NCBI GenBank assembly: GCA_965223905.1
Contig: CBDCXV010000002.1
Span: forward strand, 1-64,000
Direction of reading: 5' to 3'
Origin: Candidatus Latescibacterota bacterium
GTDB taxonomy: Bacteria; Latescibacterota; UBA2968; UBA8231
DNA: 64,000 bases
Part shown: piece after piece, positions 1 through 13,200 of the stretch
Layout: the number at the start of each line of letters is the position of its first letter
Numbering within the stretch: the stretch's first letter is position 1
Translations under genes and position numbers: made by a program
Notes under the pieces: model-generated
Seen by the model: the letters and a program-made list of their open reading frames with translations, nothing else
The model's database searches: none
What the model was told of the DNA's origin: nothing

Positions 1-2
1 GC

Positions 3-470
3 TTCGATTTCGGCGACAGCCCGCTGCTCCTCGGCCCCGAGCGGCGGCTCGAGATCCTCGACGCCATCCGCGCCTTCGAGCCCGAGGTAGTGCTCTGTCA
101 CTGGATCGACGACATCCTGCACCCCGACCACGTCGAGACGGCGCAGGCGGTGCTGTGGGCGCGGAGCTACTGCAACGTCCCGGGAATCGAGACCCGGCAT
201 CCCCCCTGCAAGTCGCCGGAGTTCATTTGCTACGAGGCTCAGCTGGCGACCTCGCCGGTGACCCGGTTCCTGCCCGACTTCTACGTCGACATCGATTCGA
301 CGATGGAGCGCAAGACCGAGGCGATGGCCAAGCTCGCGGCGCAGCCGTCGCTCGTCGACCAGTACACCAAGCTCGCCCGCTACCGGGGCCTGGAGGCGCA
401 GATCGTCGCCGGGATGATGGAGTGCACCTGCGCCGAGGGGTTCGTGCGCATCGGCAAGGAAGGGATGTAG
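3..470 (+). CDS. PIG-L/LmbE-family metal-dependent hydrolase (GalB 4-oxalomesaconate hydratase-like), 5' end outside the window
   Basis: Frame is open from base 3 (FDFGDSPLLLGPERRLEILDAIRAFEPEVVLCHWIDDILHPDHVETAQAV...). Contains the HPDH motif, YVDIDSTMERKxEA and terminal AEGF typical of PIG-L family proteins. Confidence 0.8.
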   Translation, partial: FDFGDSPLLLGPERRLEILDAIRAFEPEVVLCHWIDDILHPDHVETAQAVLWARSYCNVPGIETRHPPCKSPEFICYEAQLATSPVTRFLPDFYVDIDSTMERKTEAMAKLAAQPSLVDQYTKLARYRGLEAQIVAGMMECTCAEGFVRIGKEGM

Positions 471-641
471 CCGGGGCTTCGGGGGCCACGTCCCGGAGTC
501 CCGCGTCCCGCTGCGGCTACAGAGGTCGAGGTAGCGACCGACGTCCCGCGTGTCTACCGCAGCAGGGTGAGCTTGCGGGTCTGAACGCTTTCGTTCGTCA
601 CCAATCGGTACAGGTAGAACAGGCGCCCCGGGACTCGACCC

Positions 642-765
642 TCAGGTGTACCGCGCATTGCGGTACCTCGGGTCGTAGAAAGCCGGCAGCAGCTGGTCGA
701 CCCGCAGCAGGCCGGTGCCGGTGAGGGCGACCCCCGCGTCGTCCCAGGTCAGCACCCCATCGCCT
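642..765 (-). pseudogene. Probable 3' remnant of a HemN/HemW-like radical SAM gene
   Basis: Translation GVLTWDDAGVALTGTGLLRVDQLLPAFYDPRYRNARYT* resembles the C-terminus of HemN-like proteins. No matching N-terminal part lies upstream. Recognised from memory only. Confidence 0.4.
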
Positions 766-964
766 AGGTCCTCCCCCGGGAGGGGGGCGAAGAGGTCGTC
801 GAGCTCGGACAACGGATAGGTCTGCTCTCCGCCCGCAGCAGCACTCCGACTTTCTTCAGGTCCATCCTCTGTTCTCCCCGCAGTTTTTTTTATTGGCCGG
901 CCTCTGCGAAACGCAGCGCAGCCGTTGGTTCGAGCCGGCCGATGGACGGACAGCGGCCTCTTTC

Positions 965-1235
965 TCATCTGATCAGGGTCATCTTGCCCACCAGGGCGCG
1001 GTCGGCGGCGACCAGCCGGTAGAGGTAGACGCCGGTGCCCTGGGAGCGGCCCTGATCGTCGCGTCCGTCCCAGAAAACGGTGTGGGTCCCCGCCTCCCGG
1101 AAGCTTGGAAGCAGCAGCGTCGTCACGACCTGTCCGTAGAGGTTGTATACCACCAGGGAGACCTCGGCGGGCGCCGGCAGCTCGAACCGGATCGCGGTGC
1201 TGGGATTGAAGGGGTTGGGCTCAACCCCCGCGGTG
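965..1235 (-). other. C-terminal FlgD-Ig / T9SS type-A-like sorting domain (only copy in the window)
   Basis: EPNPFNPSTAIRFELP...VSLVVYNLYGQVV...GTHTVFWDGRDDQG...GVYLYRL...KMTLIR*. Confidence 0.9.
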
Positions 1236-4200
1236 AAGGTTCCCCCGTTACTCCTCGCCCCCGCCCGGGTGTAGCCTGTGGCCGAGGAAGACCAGCCACT
1301 GTTCCCTGCGGCGTTGCGGGCGCGCACCTGCACGGTGTATTGGGTGTTGGCGGTGAGCCCGGTCAGGCTGGTGCGGGTGGTGGTGCCGCCGCTGACCGAT
1401 TGGGAGGACCAGATCTGGTAGCTGTTGCAGAACGAGACCTCGTTGGTCTTGCAGTACCGGACATGGTAGCCGGTCAGGTCCGAGCCCCCGTTGTCGTCCG
1501 GGGGCGTCCAGGTCACCTCCAGCGACTGTAAGCCGGTCGTTCTCACCGACACCCCGGTGGGCGGATCCGGTGCCTCGGCCGGGGTCGCCGAGCGGCTGGC
1601 CGCCGAACCGTAGCCGATCCCGTTCTTGGCCCGCACCTCGAACGTATACGACGTGCCGTTGCTCAGACTCGACACCGTGCGGCTGCGCGCCGACGCCCCC
1701 CCCGACACCGTCGACCAACCCGACCAGGTATGGCCGCTGGTGCTGCTGTAGCGCGTCTGGTACCGCTCGATGGCCGACCCGTTCGAAGACGCCGCGTTCC
1801 AACTCAACGACACCTGCCCATTGCCCGAAGAGGCCGAAAAGCTTCCCGGCGTGCCCGGAGTCCCCGCCGGGGTCGCCGAGCGGCTGGCGGCCGAACCGTA
1901 GCCCACCCCGTTCTTGGCCCGCACCTCGAACGTATACGACGTGCCGTTGCTCAGACTCGACACCGTGCGGCTGCTGGCCGAAGAACCCCCCGACACCGTC
2001 GACCAGCTCGACCAGGAATAGCCGCCGGTGTTGCTGTAGCGCGTCTGGTACCGCTCGATGGCCGACCCGTTCGAAGACGCCGCGTTCCAACTCAACGACA
2101 CCTGCCCGTTGCCCGAAGAGGCCGAAAAGCTTCCCGGCGTGCCCGGATTCCCCGCCGGGGTCGCCGAGCGGCTGGCGGCCGAACCGTAGCCCACCCCGTT
2201 CTTGGCCCGCACCTCGAACGTATACGACGTGCCGTTGCTCAGACTCGACACCGTGCGGCTGCTGGCCGACGAGCCCCCCGGCACCGTCGACCAGCTCGAC
2301 CAGGAATAGCCGCCGGTGTTGCTGTAGCGCGTCTGGTACCGCTCGATGGCCGACCCGTTCGAAGACGCCGCGTTCCAACTCAACGACACCTGCCCGTTGC
2401 CCGAAGAGGCCGAAAAGCTTCCCGGCGTGCCCGGATTCCCCGCCGGGGTCGCCGAGCGGCTGGCGGCCGAACCGTAGCCCACCCCGTTCTTGGCCCGCAC
2501 CTCGAACGTATACGAGGTGCCGTTGCTCAGACTCGACACCGTGCGGCTGCTGGCCGACGAGCCCCCCGACACCGTCGACCAGCTCGACCAGGAATAGCCG
2601 CCGGTGTTGCTGTAGCGCGTCTGGTACCGCTCGATGGCCGACCCGTTCGAAGACGCCGCGCTCCAGCTCAACGACACCTGCCCATTGCCCGAAGAGGCCG
2701 AAAAGCTTCCCGGCGTGCCCGGATTCCCCGCCGGGGTCGCCGAGCGGCTGGCGACCGAACCGTAGCCCACCCCGTTCTTGGCCCGCACCTCGAACGTATA
2801 CGACGTGCCGTTGCTCAGACCCGTCACCGTGCGGCTGCTGGCCGAAGAACCCCCCGACACCGTCGACCAGCTCGACCAGGAATAGCCGCCGGTGCTGCTG
2901 TAGCGCGTCTGGTACCGCTCGATGGCCGACCCGTTCGAAGACGCCGCGTTCCAACTCAACCGACACCTGCCCGTTGCCCGAAGAGGCCGAAAAGCTTCCC
3001 GGCGTGCCCGGAGCCCCCGCCGGGGTCGCCGAGCGGCTGGCCGCCGAACCGTAGCCCACCCCGTTCTTGGCCCGCACCTCGAACGTATACGACGTGCCGT
3101 TGCTCAGACTCGACACCGTGCGGCTGCTGGCCGAAGAACCCCCCGACACCGTCGACCAGCTCGACCAGGAATAGCCGCCGGTGTTGCTGTAGCGCGTCTG
3201 GTACCGCTCGATGGCCGACCCGTTCGAAGACGCCGCGTTCCAACTCAACGACACCTGCCCGTTGCCCGAAGAGGCCGAAAAGCTTCCCGGCGTGCCCGGA
3301 GCCCCCGCCGGGGTCGCCGAGCGGCTGGCCGCCGAACCGTAGCCCACCCCGTTCTTGGCCCGCACCTCGAACGTATACGACGTGCCGTTGCTCAGACTCG
3401 ACACCGTGCGGGTGCGCGCCGACGAGCCCCCCGGCACCGTCGACCAGCTCGACCAGGAATAGCCGCCGGTGTTGCTGTAGCGCGTCTGGTACCGCTCGAT
3501 GGCCGACCCGTTCGAAGACGCCGCGTTCCAACTCAACGACACCTGCCCGTTGCCCGAAGAGGCCGAAAAGCTTCCCGGCGTGCCCGGATTCCCCGCCGGG
3601 GTCGCCGAGCGGCTGGCCGCCGAGCCGTAGCCCACCCCGTTCTTGGCCCGCACCTCGAACGTATACGACGTGCCGTTGCTCAGACTCGACACCGTGCGGG
3701 TGCGCGCCGACGAGCCCCCCGGCACCGTCGACCAGCTCGACCAGGAATAGCCGCCGGTGTTGCTGTAGCGCGTCTGGTACCGCTCGATGGCCGACCCGTT
3801 CGAAGACGCCGCGTTCCAGCTCAACGTCACCTGACCGTTGCCCCGGGAGGACCCGAAGCTACCCGGCGTGCCCGGAGCCCCCGCCGGGGTCGCCGAGCGG
3901 CTGGACGACGAGCCGTAGCCGATCCCGTTCTTGGCCCGCACCTCGAACGTATACGACGTGCCGTTGCTCAGACTCGACACCGTGCGGGTGCGCGCCGACG
4001 AGCCCCCCGGCACCGTCGACCAGCTCGACCAGGTATGGCCGCTGGTGGTCTTGTAGCGCGTCTGGTACCGCTCGATGGCCGACCCGTTCGCCGACGCCGC
4101 GCTCCAGCTCAGGCTCACCTGACCGTTGCCCCTCGTGGCCGAAAAATCCGGCGGATCCGGTTCCCCCGCCGGGGTCGCCGAGCGGCTGGCGGCCGAACCG

Positions 4201-7200
4201 TAGCCGACCCCGTTCTTGGCCCGCACCTCGAACGTATACGACGTGCCGTTGCTCAGACTCGACACCGTGCGGGTGCGCGCCGACGAGCCCCCAGACACCG
4301 TCGACCAACCCGACCACGAATAGCCGCTGGTGCTGCTGTAGCGCGTCTGGTACCGCTCGATGGCCGACCCGTTCGAAGACGCCGCGCTCCAGCTCAGGCT
4401 CACCTGACCGTTGCCCCTCGTGGCCGAAAAGCTGCCCGGCACCGACGGCACCCCTACCACCGCCGCGGTCGGGTCGCTCTGCGCGCTCTTGCCCGAGCCG
4501 TGCCCGTCCGCGTAGCCGACCGTCGCCCGCACCTGCTGGCCGACATCGGCGGACACCGGCGTGTACCGGGACCCAGCCGTAATCGGGTTGCGCGCCCCCG
4601 GAGGCGGATCGATATCCACCCACCCCGAATTCGCGTCGTCCCGCCGCTGCCACTGCCACGCCACATCGCTCAGGGAGCCGTCGAGGTCCACCAGGGTGGC
4701 CGTCACCCGCTGATCCACCTCCGGAGACGTCGGCGACAAGCGCACCGTGCCGGGGGTGTCCGGCGGCCTCACCGGGTCGGTGGGAGCGCTCTGCGCGCTC
4801 TTGTCCGGGCCGTGCCCGTCCGTGTAGCCGACCGTCGCCCGCAGCTGCTTGCCCACATCCGCCGTCACCGGCGTGTAGCGGGATATGACCGCAATGGGGT
4901 TGCGCGCCCCCGACCCCTCGATATCCACCCACGCCGAACTCGCGTCGGCCCGCCGCTGCCACTGCCACGACAGCCCCGACAGGGAGCCGTCGAGGTCCAC
5001 CAGGGTGGCCGTCACCTGCTGGTCCACCTCCGGAGACGTCGGCGACAAGCGCACCGTGCCCGGGGTGTCCGCCGCCCTCACCGGGTCGGTGGGAGCGCTC
5101 TGCGCGCTCTTGTCCGGGCCGTGCCCGTCGGTATACGTCACCGTTGCCCGCAGCTGCTTGCCGACATCGGCGGCCACCGGCGTGTAGTAGGACACCGCAG
5201 CAATGAGGACGGGGTTGCGCGCCCCCGGAGGCGGATCGATATCCACCCACCCCGAATTCGCGTCGTCCCGCCGCTGCCACTGCCACGCCACATCGCTCAG
5301 GGAGCCGTCGAGGTCCACCAGGGTGGCCGTCACCTGCTGATCCACCTCCGGCGACGTCGGCGACAGGCTCACCGTGCCCGGATTGTCCGCCGCCCTCACC
5401 GGGTCGGTGGGAGCGCTCTGCGCGCTCTTGTCCGGGCCGTGCCCGTCGGTATACGTCACCGTTGCCCGCAGCTGCTTGCCGACATCGGCGGCCACCGGCG
5501 TGTAGTAGGACACCGCAGCAATGAGGACGGGGTTGCGCGCCCCCGGAGGCGGATCGATATCCACCCACCCCGAATTCGCGTCGTCCCGCCGCTGCCACTG
5601 CCACGCCACATCGCTCAGGGAGCCGTCGAGGTCCACCAGGGTGGCCGTCACCCGCTGATCCACCTCCGGAGACGTCGGCGACAGGCTCACCGTGCCCGGA
5701 TTGTCCGCCGCCCTCACCGGGTCGGTGGGAGCGCTCTGCGCGCTCTTGTCCGGGCCGTGCCCGTCGGTATACGTCACCGTTGCCCGCAGCTGCTTGCCGA
5801 CATCGGCGGCCACCGGCGTGTAGTAGGACACCGCAGCAATGAGGACGGGGTTGCGCGCCCCCGGAGGCGGATCGATATCCACCCACCCCGAATTCGCGTC
5901 GTCCCGCCGCTGCCACTGCCACGCCACATCGCTCAGGGAGCCGTCGAGGTCCACCAGGGTGGCCGTCACCCGCTGATCCACCTCCGGAGACGTCGGCGAC
6001 AGGCTCACCGTGCCCGGATTGTCCGCCGCCCTCACCGGGTCGGTGGGAGCGCTCTGCGCGCTCTTGTCCGGCCCATGCGCGTCCGTGTAGCCGACCGTGG
6101 CTCGCAGTTGCTGGCCCCGGTCCGCCGTCACAGGCGTGTACCGGGACACCGACGCAATCGGGTTGCGCGCGCCCGGAGGCAGCTCAATGTCCACCCACCC
6201 CGAATTCGCGTCCGCCCGCCGCTGCCACCGCCACGTCAGCCCGCTCAGGGAGCCGTCGAGGTCCACCAGGGTGGCCGTCACCTGCTGATCCACCTCCGGC
6301 GACGTCGGCGACAGGCTCACCGTGCCGGGACGGTCCACCGGCCCGATGCCCGCGCTCGCGGCCGGCTTGCGGTCGCTCGGGCCCGAACTCTCCCCGTCGA
6401 GATACGTCACCGTCGCCCGCAGGTACTGACCGGCGTCCGCCGCGGTCGGCGTAAACGCCGAACCCGCCCCCCGCGACCCGAGGCCCGTCCACGACGACGA
6501 CCCCTCCGCCCGACGCTCCCACCGCCACAGCGTGGTCGACACCCCCCCGTCCGGGTCGGTCAGCGTCGCCCTCAACTGCGTGCCCACTCGCGGCTCCGTC
6601 GACGACAGGGTCACCTCCCCCGGCTCGTCCACGTTCCTCACCGTCACCGCCACCGCCACCGTGTCCGACGACAACGACCCGTCCCTCGTGTACAGGCCCA
6701 CCACGTAGGCGTTGTCCCCGGCCTCCCCCCCGATGTCGGCCGGGGCCTCGTAGTCGGGAAAGTCCGCCATTTTCTTGAAATACAGCGTGTCCCCGCTGAT
6801 CCGGAACGAGGCCGCATCCGGGCCCTCTTTCTCCAACGTCAGCACAGCCCCCGGATCCGGATCCGTCAGCCCGTAGGTCGCCACCGTGTCCGAGCTCTCC
6901 TCGGCGAACGACACCGCCGTCGGGCCCGCAGGCGGGTTCGGACGCCGGTTTTCCGGCAGCACCAGGGGCCCCGGCGGCACGTCCACCAGCCTCACCGTGG
7001 CGCTCGCCGGCGTTCCGGAAACCACCCCCTCCGGCAGATCCCCGAACCCCAACGTCACCTCCTCGTCGACCCGGTCGGCATCCTCAGTCGCCGTGATCGA
7101 AAACGACTGCGTCGTCGTCACGGCCGAAAACGACAGCGTGTCGGCCACCCCCGGCCACGACACCGTGTAGTCGCCCGACTCGGGGGCTCTCGTGATCGGG

Positions 7201-10200
7201 ACCTTCACCAACCGCCTCGCCGCCTGAGACAGCGACACCGTCACCGTCACCGCCTCCCCTCGTTCCGACGCCGAATACGTGGAACCGTCGTAGGATACCG
7301 TCAGGGGCGGCCACCTTACCGCGGCCGTGGCGACGCTCTGCGCGGGCTGGTTCGCACCCTGCCCGTCGGTATACGTCACCGTGGCCCGCAGATGCTGGCC
7401 GACATCGGCGGCCACCGGCGTGTACCGGGACACCGCCGCAATCGGGTTGCGCGCCCCCGGAGGCAGCTCAATATCCACCCACCCCGAATTCGCGTCCGCC
7501 CGCCGCTGCCACTGCCACACCACCCCGCTCAGGGAACCGTCGAGGTCCACCAGGGTGGCCGTCACCGCCGTGCCCACCTCCGGCGACGTCGGCGACAAGC
7601 TCACCGTGCCGTCGTCGTTGTCGACCAGCGTCACCGTCGCGCTCGACGGCGTCCCGGCCGTCACCCCCGAAGGCAGATCCGAGCCGAAACCCAACACCAC
7701 CGACTCGTCGACCCGGTCGGCATCCTCACTCGCCGTGATCGAAAACGACTGCGTCGTCGTCACGGCCGTAAACGACAGCGTGTCGGCCACCCCCGGCCAC
7801 GACACCGTGTAGTCGCCCGACCCGGGGGCTCTCGTGATCGGGACCTTCACCAACCGCCGCGCCGCCGCAGACAGCGACACCGTCACCGCCACCGCATCCC
7901 CCCCTTCCGAGGCCGCATACGTCGACTCGTCGTAGGATACCGTCAGGGACGGCCACCTCACCGCGTCGGTGGCGACGCTCTGCGCGGGCTGGGCCGCACC
8001 CTGCCCGTCGGTATAGGTCACCGTCGCCCGCAACTGCTGGCCGACATCGGCGGCCACCGGCGTATACCGGGACACCGCCGCAATGAGGACGGGGTTGCGC
8101 GCCCCCGACGGCGGCTCGATATCCACCCACCCCGAACTCGCGTCGGCCCGACGCTGCCACTGCCACACCACCCCGCTCAGGGAACCGTCGAAGTCCACCA
8201 GGGTGGCCGTCACCCGCTGATCCACCTCCGGCGACGTCGTCGACAAGCTCACCGTGCCGTCCGGAGGGGCCACCGGACCGATCTCCGCGCTCACCGCGGG
8301 CTTGCGGTCGCTCGGCCCCGAACTTTCCCCGTCGAGATAGGTCACCGTCGCCCGCAGATACCGGCCGGCGTCCGCCGCGGTCGGCCTAAACGCCGAACCC
8401 TCCCCCCGGGACTCGAAGCCCGTCCACGACGACGACCCCGCGGCCCGGTGCTCCCACTGCCACCGCGTGTCCGACACGCCCCCGTCCGGGTCGGTCAGCG
8501 TCGCCGTCACCGTCGTGCCCACTCGCGGCGCCGTCGAATTCAGGGTCACCTCTCCCGGCTCGTCCACGTCGGTCACCGTCACGGCCACCGGAAACGGGGC
8601 CGAGTGGTACGTGTGCGCATAGCTGGCCCGCAGGTTCACGGCGTAGACGTTGTCGCCGGCATTCCCCCCGATGTCGGCCCCGGCCTCGTAGTCGGGCCCG
8701 CGGATGAATTCGAGAGTGCTTCCATTCATCTGGAAGTGGGCCGAATCGGCGTCGCTCAGGGACCAGGTGACCGGCACCACCGGGGTGTCCCGCGCGTCCG
8801 TGGCCCGGTAGGCGGCCACCGACTTGCCGCCCCCCTCCTCGACCTCGCCGACCCTCTCCTCGACGGAGACGCTCGCGGGGCCCACCACCTTCAAGGTCGC
8901 GTCCAGGAGGTGCACCGTGGCCGCGGCCTGCGCGCCGGGGCCGATCCCGGCAGGCAGGTCCTTGAACCCCAGCCGCACCGTCTCGTCCTCGGCGTCCGCA
9001 TCAGAAAGGGCCACGATCTTGAACGAGTCCGAGGCGGCCGAGGACGTGAAGGACAGGGTGCTGTCCGACGCCAGGTCCACCGTGGCGAAGTCGCCGGCCT
9101 CGGTGTTCGCGCCCGGGGCCACCGTCACCTTCACCTTCACGGCCACCTCCCCGGCCGGCGGCGGCGACATGTTCACCCGCACCGTCGCCGTGTCGCCGTC
9201 TTCCAACGCGAAGTACGACGAAGCGTCGAAGGAGACCGTCCGCACCGGCGGAGCCAGCACCGGCTCGGTCGGGGGGTCGCTCCGGGCGCGCTGCGCACCG
9301 TGGACGTCGGTGTAGCTGGCCCGAGCCCGAAGCACGTAGCCCACGTCCGAGGCCGGCGGCGTGTAGCCGCTGGACGCACTAGGCGAGCCCCGATTCAACC
9401 AGGTGGCCGGCGACGTGTTGCTCGCCTGCCACTGCCACAGAGTATCGCGCACCCCGCCGTCCGGGTCGCTCAAGGTCGCCGTCAGTTCCGTGTCCACCTG
9501 CGGCGAACGCGACGACAGGCGCACCGTGCCGTCCTCGTTGACGTCCGTCACCGTCACCGTCACCGCCACCGTGTCCGACGACAGCGACCCGTCCCACGTG
9601 TACAGGCCCACCACGTAGTCATTATCGCCGGCCACGACACCCTCCTCGTCGCCGGCCACGTCGGCCGGGGCCTCGAAGTCCGGGAAGTCCGACATTTCCT
9701 TGAAATACAGCGTGTCCCCGCGGATCCGGAACGAGGCCGCATCCGGACCCTCTTTCTTCAACGTCAGTACAGCCCCCGGATCCGGAGCCGACAGACGGTA
9801 GGTCGCCACCGTATCCGAACTCTCCTCGGCGAACACCACCGCCGTCGAGCCCGCTGGCGGGTTCGGACGCCGGTTTGGCGGCGGCACCAGGATCACCGAC
9901 GGCACATCCACCAGCGTCACCTGAGCGCTCGACGGCGTGCCCGCGCTCACCCCCGCAGGCAGATCCCCGAAGCCCAGCGACACCGTCTCGTCGTTCCCGT
10001 CGCTGTCCTCATTGGCCGTGAGCGTAAACGACCGGGTCGAGTCGCCCAAGGCGAACGACAGCATCTCTTCTGCCAGGCCCGCCACCGTGAAATCCCCCGC
10101 CTCCGTGCCCGCATCGGCCGTCACCGTAACCGGAAACGACACCCCCCGGGTCGCCTTGGCCGACAAGGCCACCTCCACCGGCACCGGCTCGCCCCCTTCC

Positions 10201-13200
10201 CGCGCCTCGTAGCTCGAGGCCCCATAGGCCACCTGAGGCTGCACCGGCGTCACCAACACCGGATCCGTTAACACACCCTCCGCCGCGGCGGACTTCGCCC
10301 GCACCCTGAACAGATATTCCACCCCGTTCGTCAGGTTTTCTACCCGGATATACCGGATCCTTCGTCCCTCATACTCGAGACTGTCCACGTCTCCGTCGGC
10401 CACCTTGGTCCATTCCATCTTGGCCGGCCTCTTCCTTTTCCCGTAGCGCCAATGGGTAATGCTGGCATCGGCGGAAGCGTCCCATAGCAGCAGCACCGCC
10501 TCATGGTCCGGCCACACCTCGAACCCTGTCGGCGGCGGCAACATCACCCCACGGGTCGGCTCACTCTGAACAAAACGGGAATAGCTGCCCGCATCCGGCA
10601 CATACCGCACCATCGCCCGCAACTGACGACCCAGATCCGCCCGCAACGGCGTGTAGCTGGCCGAGGTCGACGAGCCCGACAGATCCGACCAGGGCGCACT
10701 GTCGCTGTCATTCCGGCCCTGCCACTGCCAGCTCCCAGCGCTCACCCCCTCCAGCGAAGCCGTCAGTGCAACCCCCGGCTGCGGCCTCTTGGTGCTCAAC
10801 GACACCTCCTCATCGCAGTTGCTCAACGTGGTGTTCGTCATCGTCACCGTGCCCGACGTATGGGCCTGCACACAGCCACCCCCGTCCCGGATCGTGGCGC
10901 CGCTCAGATCGGCGCTGCCCCCGCTTTCCACCCGGATGCCCGACCAATCGGAGGGGGACGGGGAAACAGTATTGCTTGACCGGAAGGTGACCCCCGGGCC
11001 CGCGCCAAGCGTACCGGCCACGATCAGCGCCCCCGGGCTGAACGACACCTCCGTTCCCGAACCCAGGCTCAACGTCACCCCCGAAGGGATCGTCACCTCC
11101 CCGTCCACACAGACCGCGCCGCTCCACGTCGTATCCGACGACAGCGAGCCCGACCACTTCGGCGCCAACGCCAAAACCCGCACCGAGTCCCCGGCCGCCG
11201 CGGCGTTGCGCGCCCGAACCTCGAAGTAGTAGGTCGTGCAACTCCCCACCGACAGCGTCAGGCTCGTCGGCAGCGCCTCCTCCGGGGACGGCACCGCCGT
11301 CCAGTCCGACCACGTGCGCTCCCCGCCGCTCAATTGATAGGCGCCCTGACGATACTCATACCCCGTCAACGCCGTGCCCCCATCCGAAGACGGCGCATCC
11401 CACGAAAGCTCCACCTGACCGTTCGCACCCGACGCTTCAGGGTTGCGAACCGGGGGCGGCCCCCGGCCCGGCGTCGCCTGAGCCTTTGACGAGTGCCCTG
11501 AACCCACCGCGTTGACCGCACGCACCTCGAAAGTGTACTCCGTGCCGTTGCTCAGGCTCATCAGCGTGTGGCTCGCCGTCGTCGAATCGCTGTCCGATAT
11601 ATCCCCCCAGTCCGGTAACCACGTGCCGGCCCCGTCGCTGCTTTGACGGTACTGATACCCCGTCAGCGGCGAGCCGTTGTTCGAAGGGGTCTCCCAGGTC
11701 AGAGACACCTGACCGTCGCCCGGGGCCGCCCTCAGGTTTTCCGGCGCATCCGGCTTCCCAACCGGCATGGCGGATTTGGTGAATGAAGTCACCCGGGTCC
11801 TACCGGCTCCTGCCCTTGACGTTCCCGCCGTCCGAGGGCTTCTCCTTCCCATGGCACCGCCCGTTTGCGTCCCTGTCCCCTCAACCGCCCGCACTTGGAA
11901 CTGATAGCTCACTCCGGGGTTCAGACCGTCCACCGTATACTGCGTGGTCGAGGGGCCACTGCCGTCAATCTCCTGCCACGGCCCCAGTGCTTCCGTGCCG
12001 GATCGGTACTGATACACCAACCCGGTCAAACTCGCATCGGTCGGGGTGCGCCAACTCAGGTCGACTTCCCCCGCATTGGCGCCCGCCTGCGCGTCCAGGG
12101 GGACCAGCCACGTCGGGTCCGATGCCTCACCTTCCTGTCCGTCTGCGACTATCCGCACCCGGAACTGGTGGGTCATCGCGGGGTCCAAGCTCCCCACGGT
12201 ATGCGCCGTCACCGTCAATCCGCCGGCCCCGGAGAGCCCGGGGACCCCACCTACCACCCCGAAGGACTCGGTGTACCACTGAGTCATCGCGTTGTTATCG
12301 TCCCCCGTCTTCCATCCTATCTGGGTTGTGAAGGGAAGGCACGTGGCGGGGTTGGGGCAGTCCTCGGGCAACGGACTGCACACCAGAGGGTTGGGGTAAG
12401 GGCAGTCTACGGTAATTCGGCCTGTCAGGTCGTCGAGCGGCTCCAACCACACAGGCACCGGCCGAGGCGGCCGGGGAGATACGCCGTTTGGCGGGAAGGG
12501 ATCTGACCAGTCGCCGTCCCCGCGGACGTTGCTCGCCCGCACCTGGTAGCGGTAGCGAGTGGGCCAATTCACCCCGTCGTGCGGGTAGCTGAAGACCTCA
12601 GCGTCCTCAGAGTCGAGGGTGACAAGGTGGTACCAGGTCGACCACTCAGAAGTCCCCGTTGACGTCCCCGAAAAAACCTGCTTCTGATATTGCAGCGTGT
12701 ACCCGGTCACCCTCGGATACCCCGATACCGCGTCCCATTGAACGGTGAGTTGCTGCAAACCCCGGGTGACGGACAGGCCCTCCGTGGGCTTCGGAGGCAC
12801 CCTGCCCACGTCATGGATCGTCACCGTAGCCGTAGCCGGCTCGCCGGCGATCACGCCTCCCGGCAACGAACCAAACTCCAACTGCACCGTCTCAGGATCA
12901 ACATCGGTGTCCTGATTGGCCCTGACCGCCAAATGGTTGGACCCTTCACCCACGCCGAAAACCATCCCGCCATCCGTCAGCCCCTCGACCATGTAGTCGC
13001 CCGCCTCGGCGTCTTCCGACGATACTGTGATTGGGATCGACACTGCCTGAAGAACCGGCGGGGGCGTCAGTCGGACCTCTACCAAAATCTCCCGAACCGG
13101 ATCCTCCTCCAGCGTCGGAGTCGATGGCCGCGCCCCAAAATCTACTGCCACTTCGTAGGCCGCGGAGCCGAAGGACGCCAGCAGAGGAGACGCATTAAGA

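Noticed and set aside
884-940. Intrinsic terminator for the giant gene
   Set aside because: A stem exists, but on the transcribed (minus) strand it is followed by an A run, and on the plus strand the T run precedes it. The geometry is not canonical, so it was not called.
1248-2958. Repetitive C-terminal tail of the 4502-aa ORF (ELERGVFERVGHRAVPDALQQH...) as a novel repeat domain
   Set aside because: It is the off-frame reading of the FN3 repeats after the +1 insertion at about 2960.
1581-6330. CRISPR-like array
   Set aside because: Units are 288-318 bp of in-frame coding sequence with no unique spacers, and no cas genes are present.
1570-10271. Very long plus-strand ORFs (2449 aa, 950 aa, 494 aa; likewise 41797..45168, 48237..50423 and 53577..55268)
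   Set aside because: Arg/Pro/His-rich antisense shadows of GC-rich repetitive genes, with no recognisable domains.
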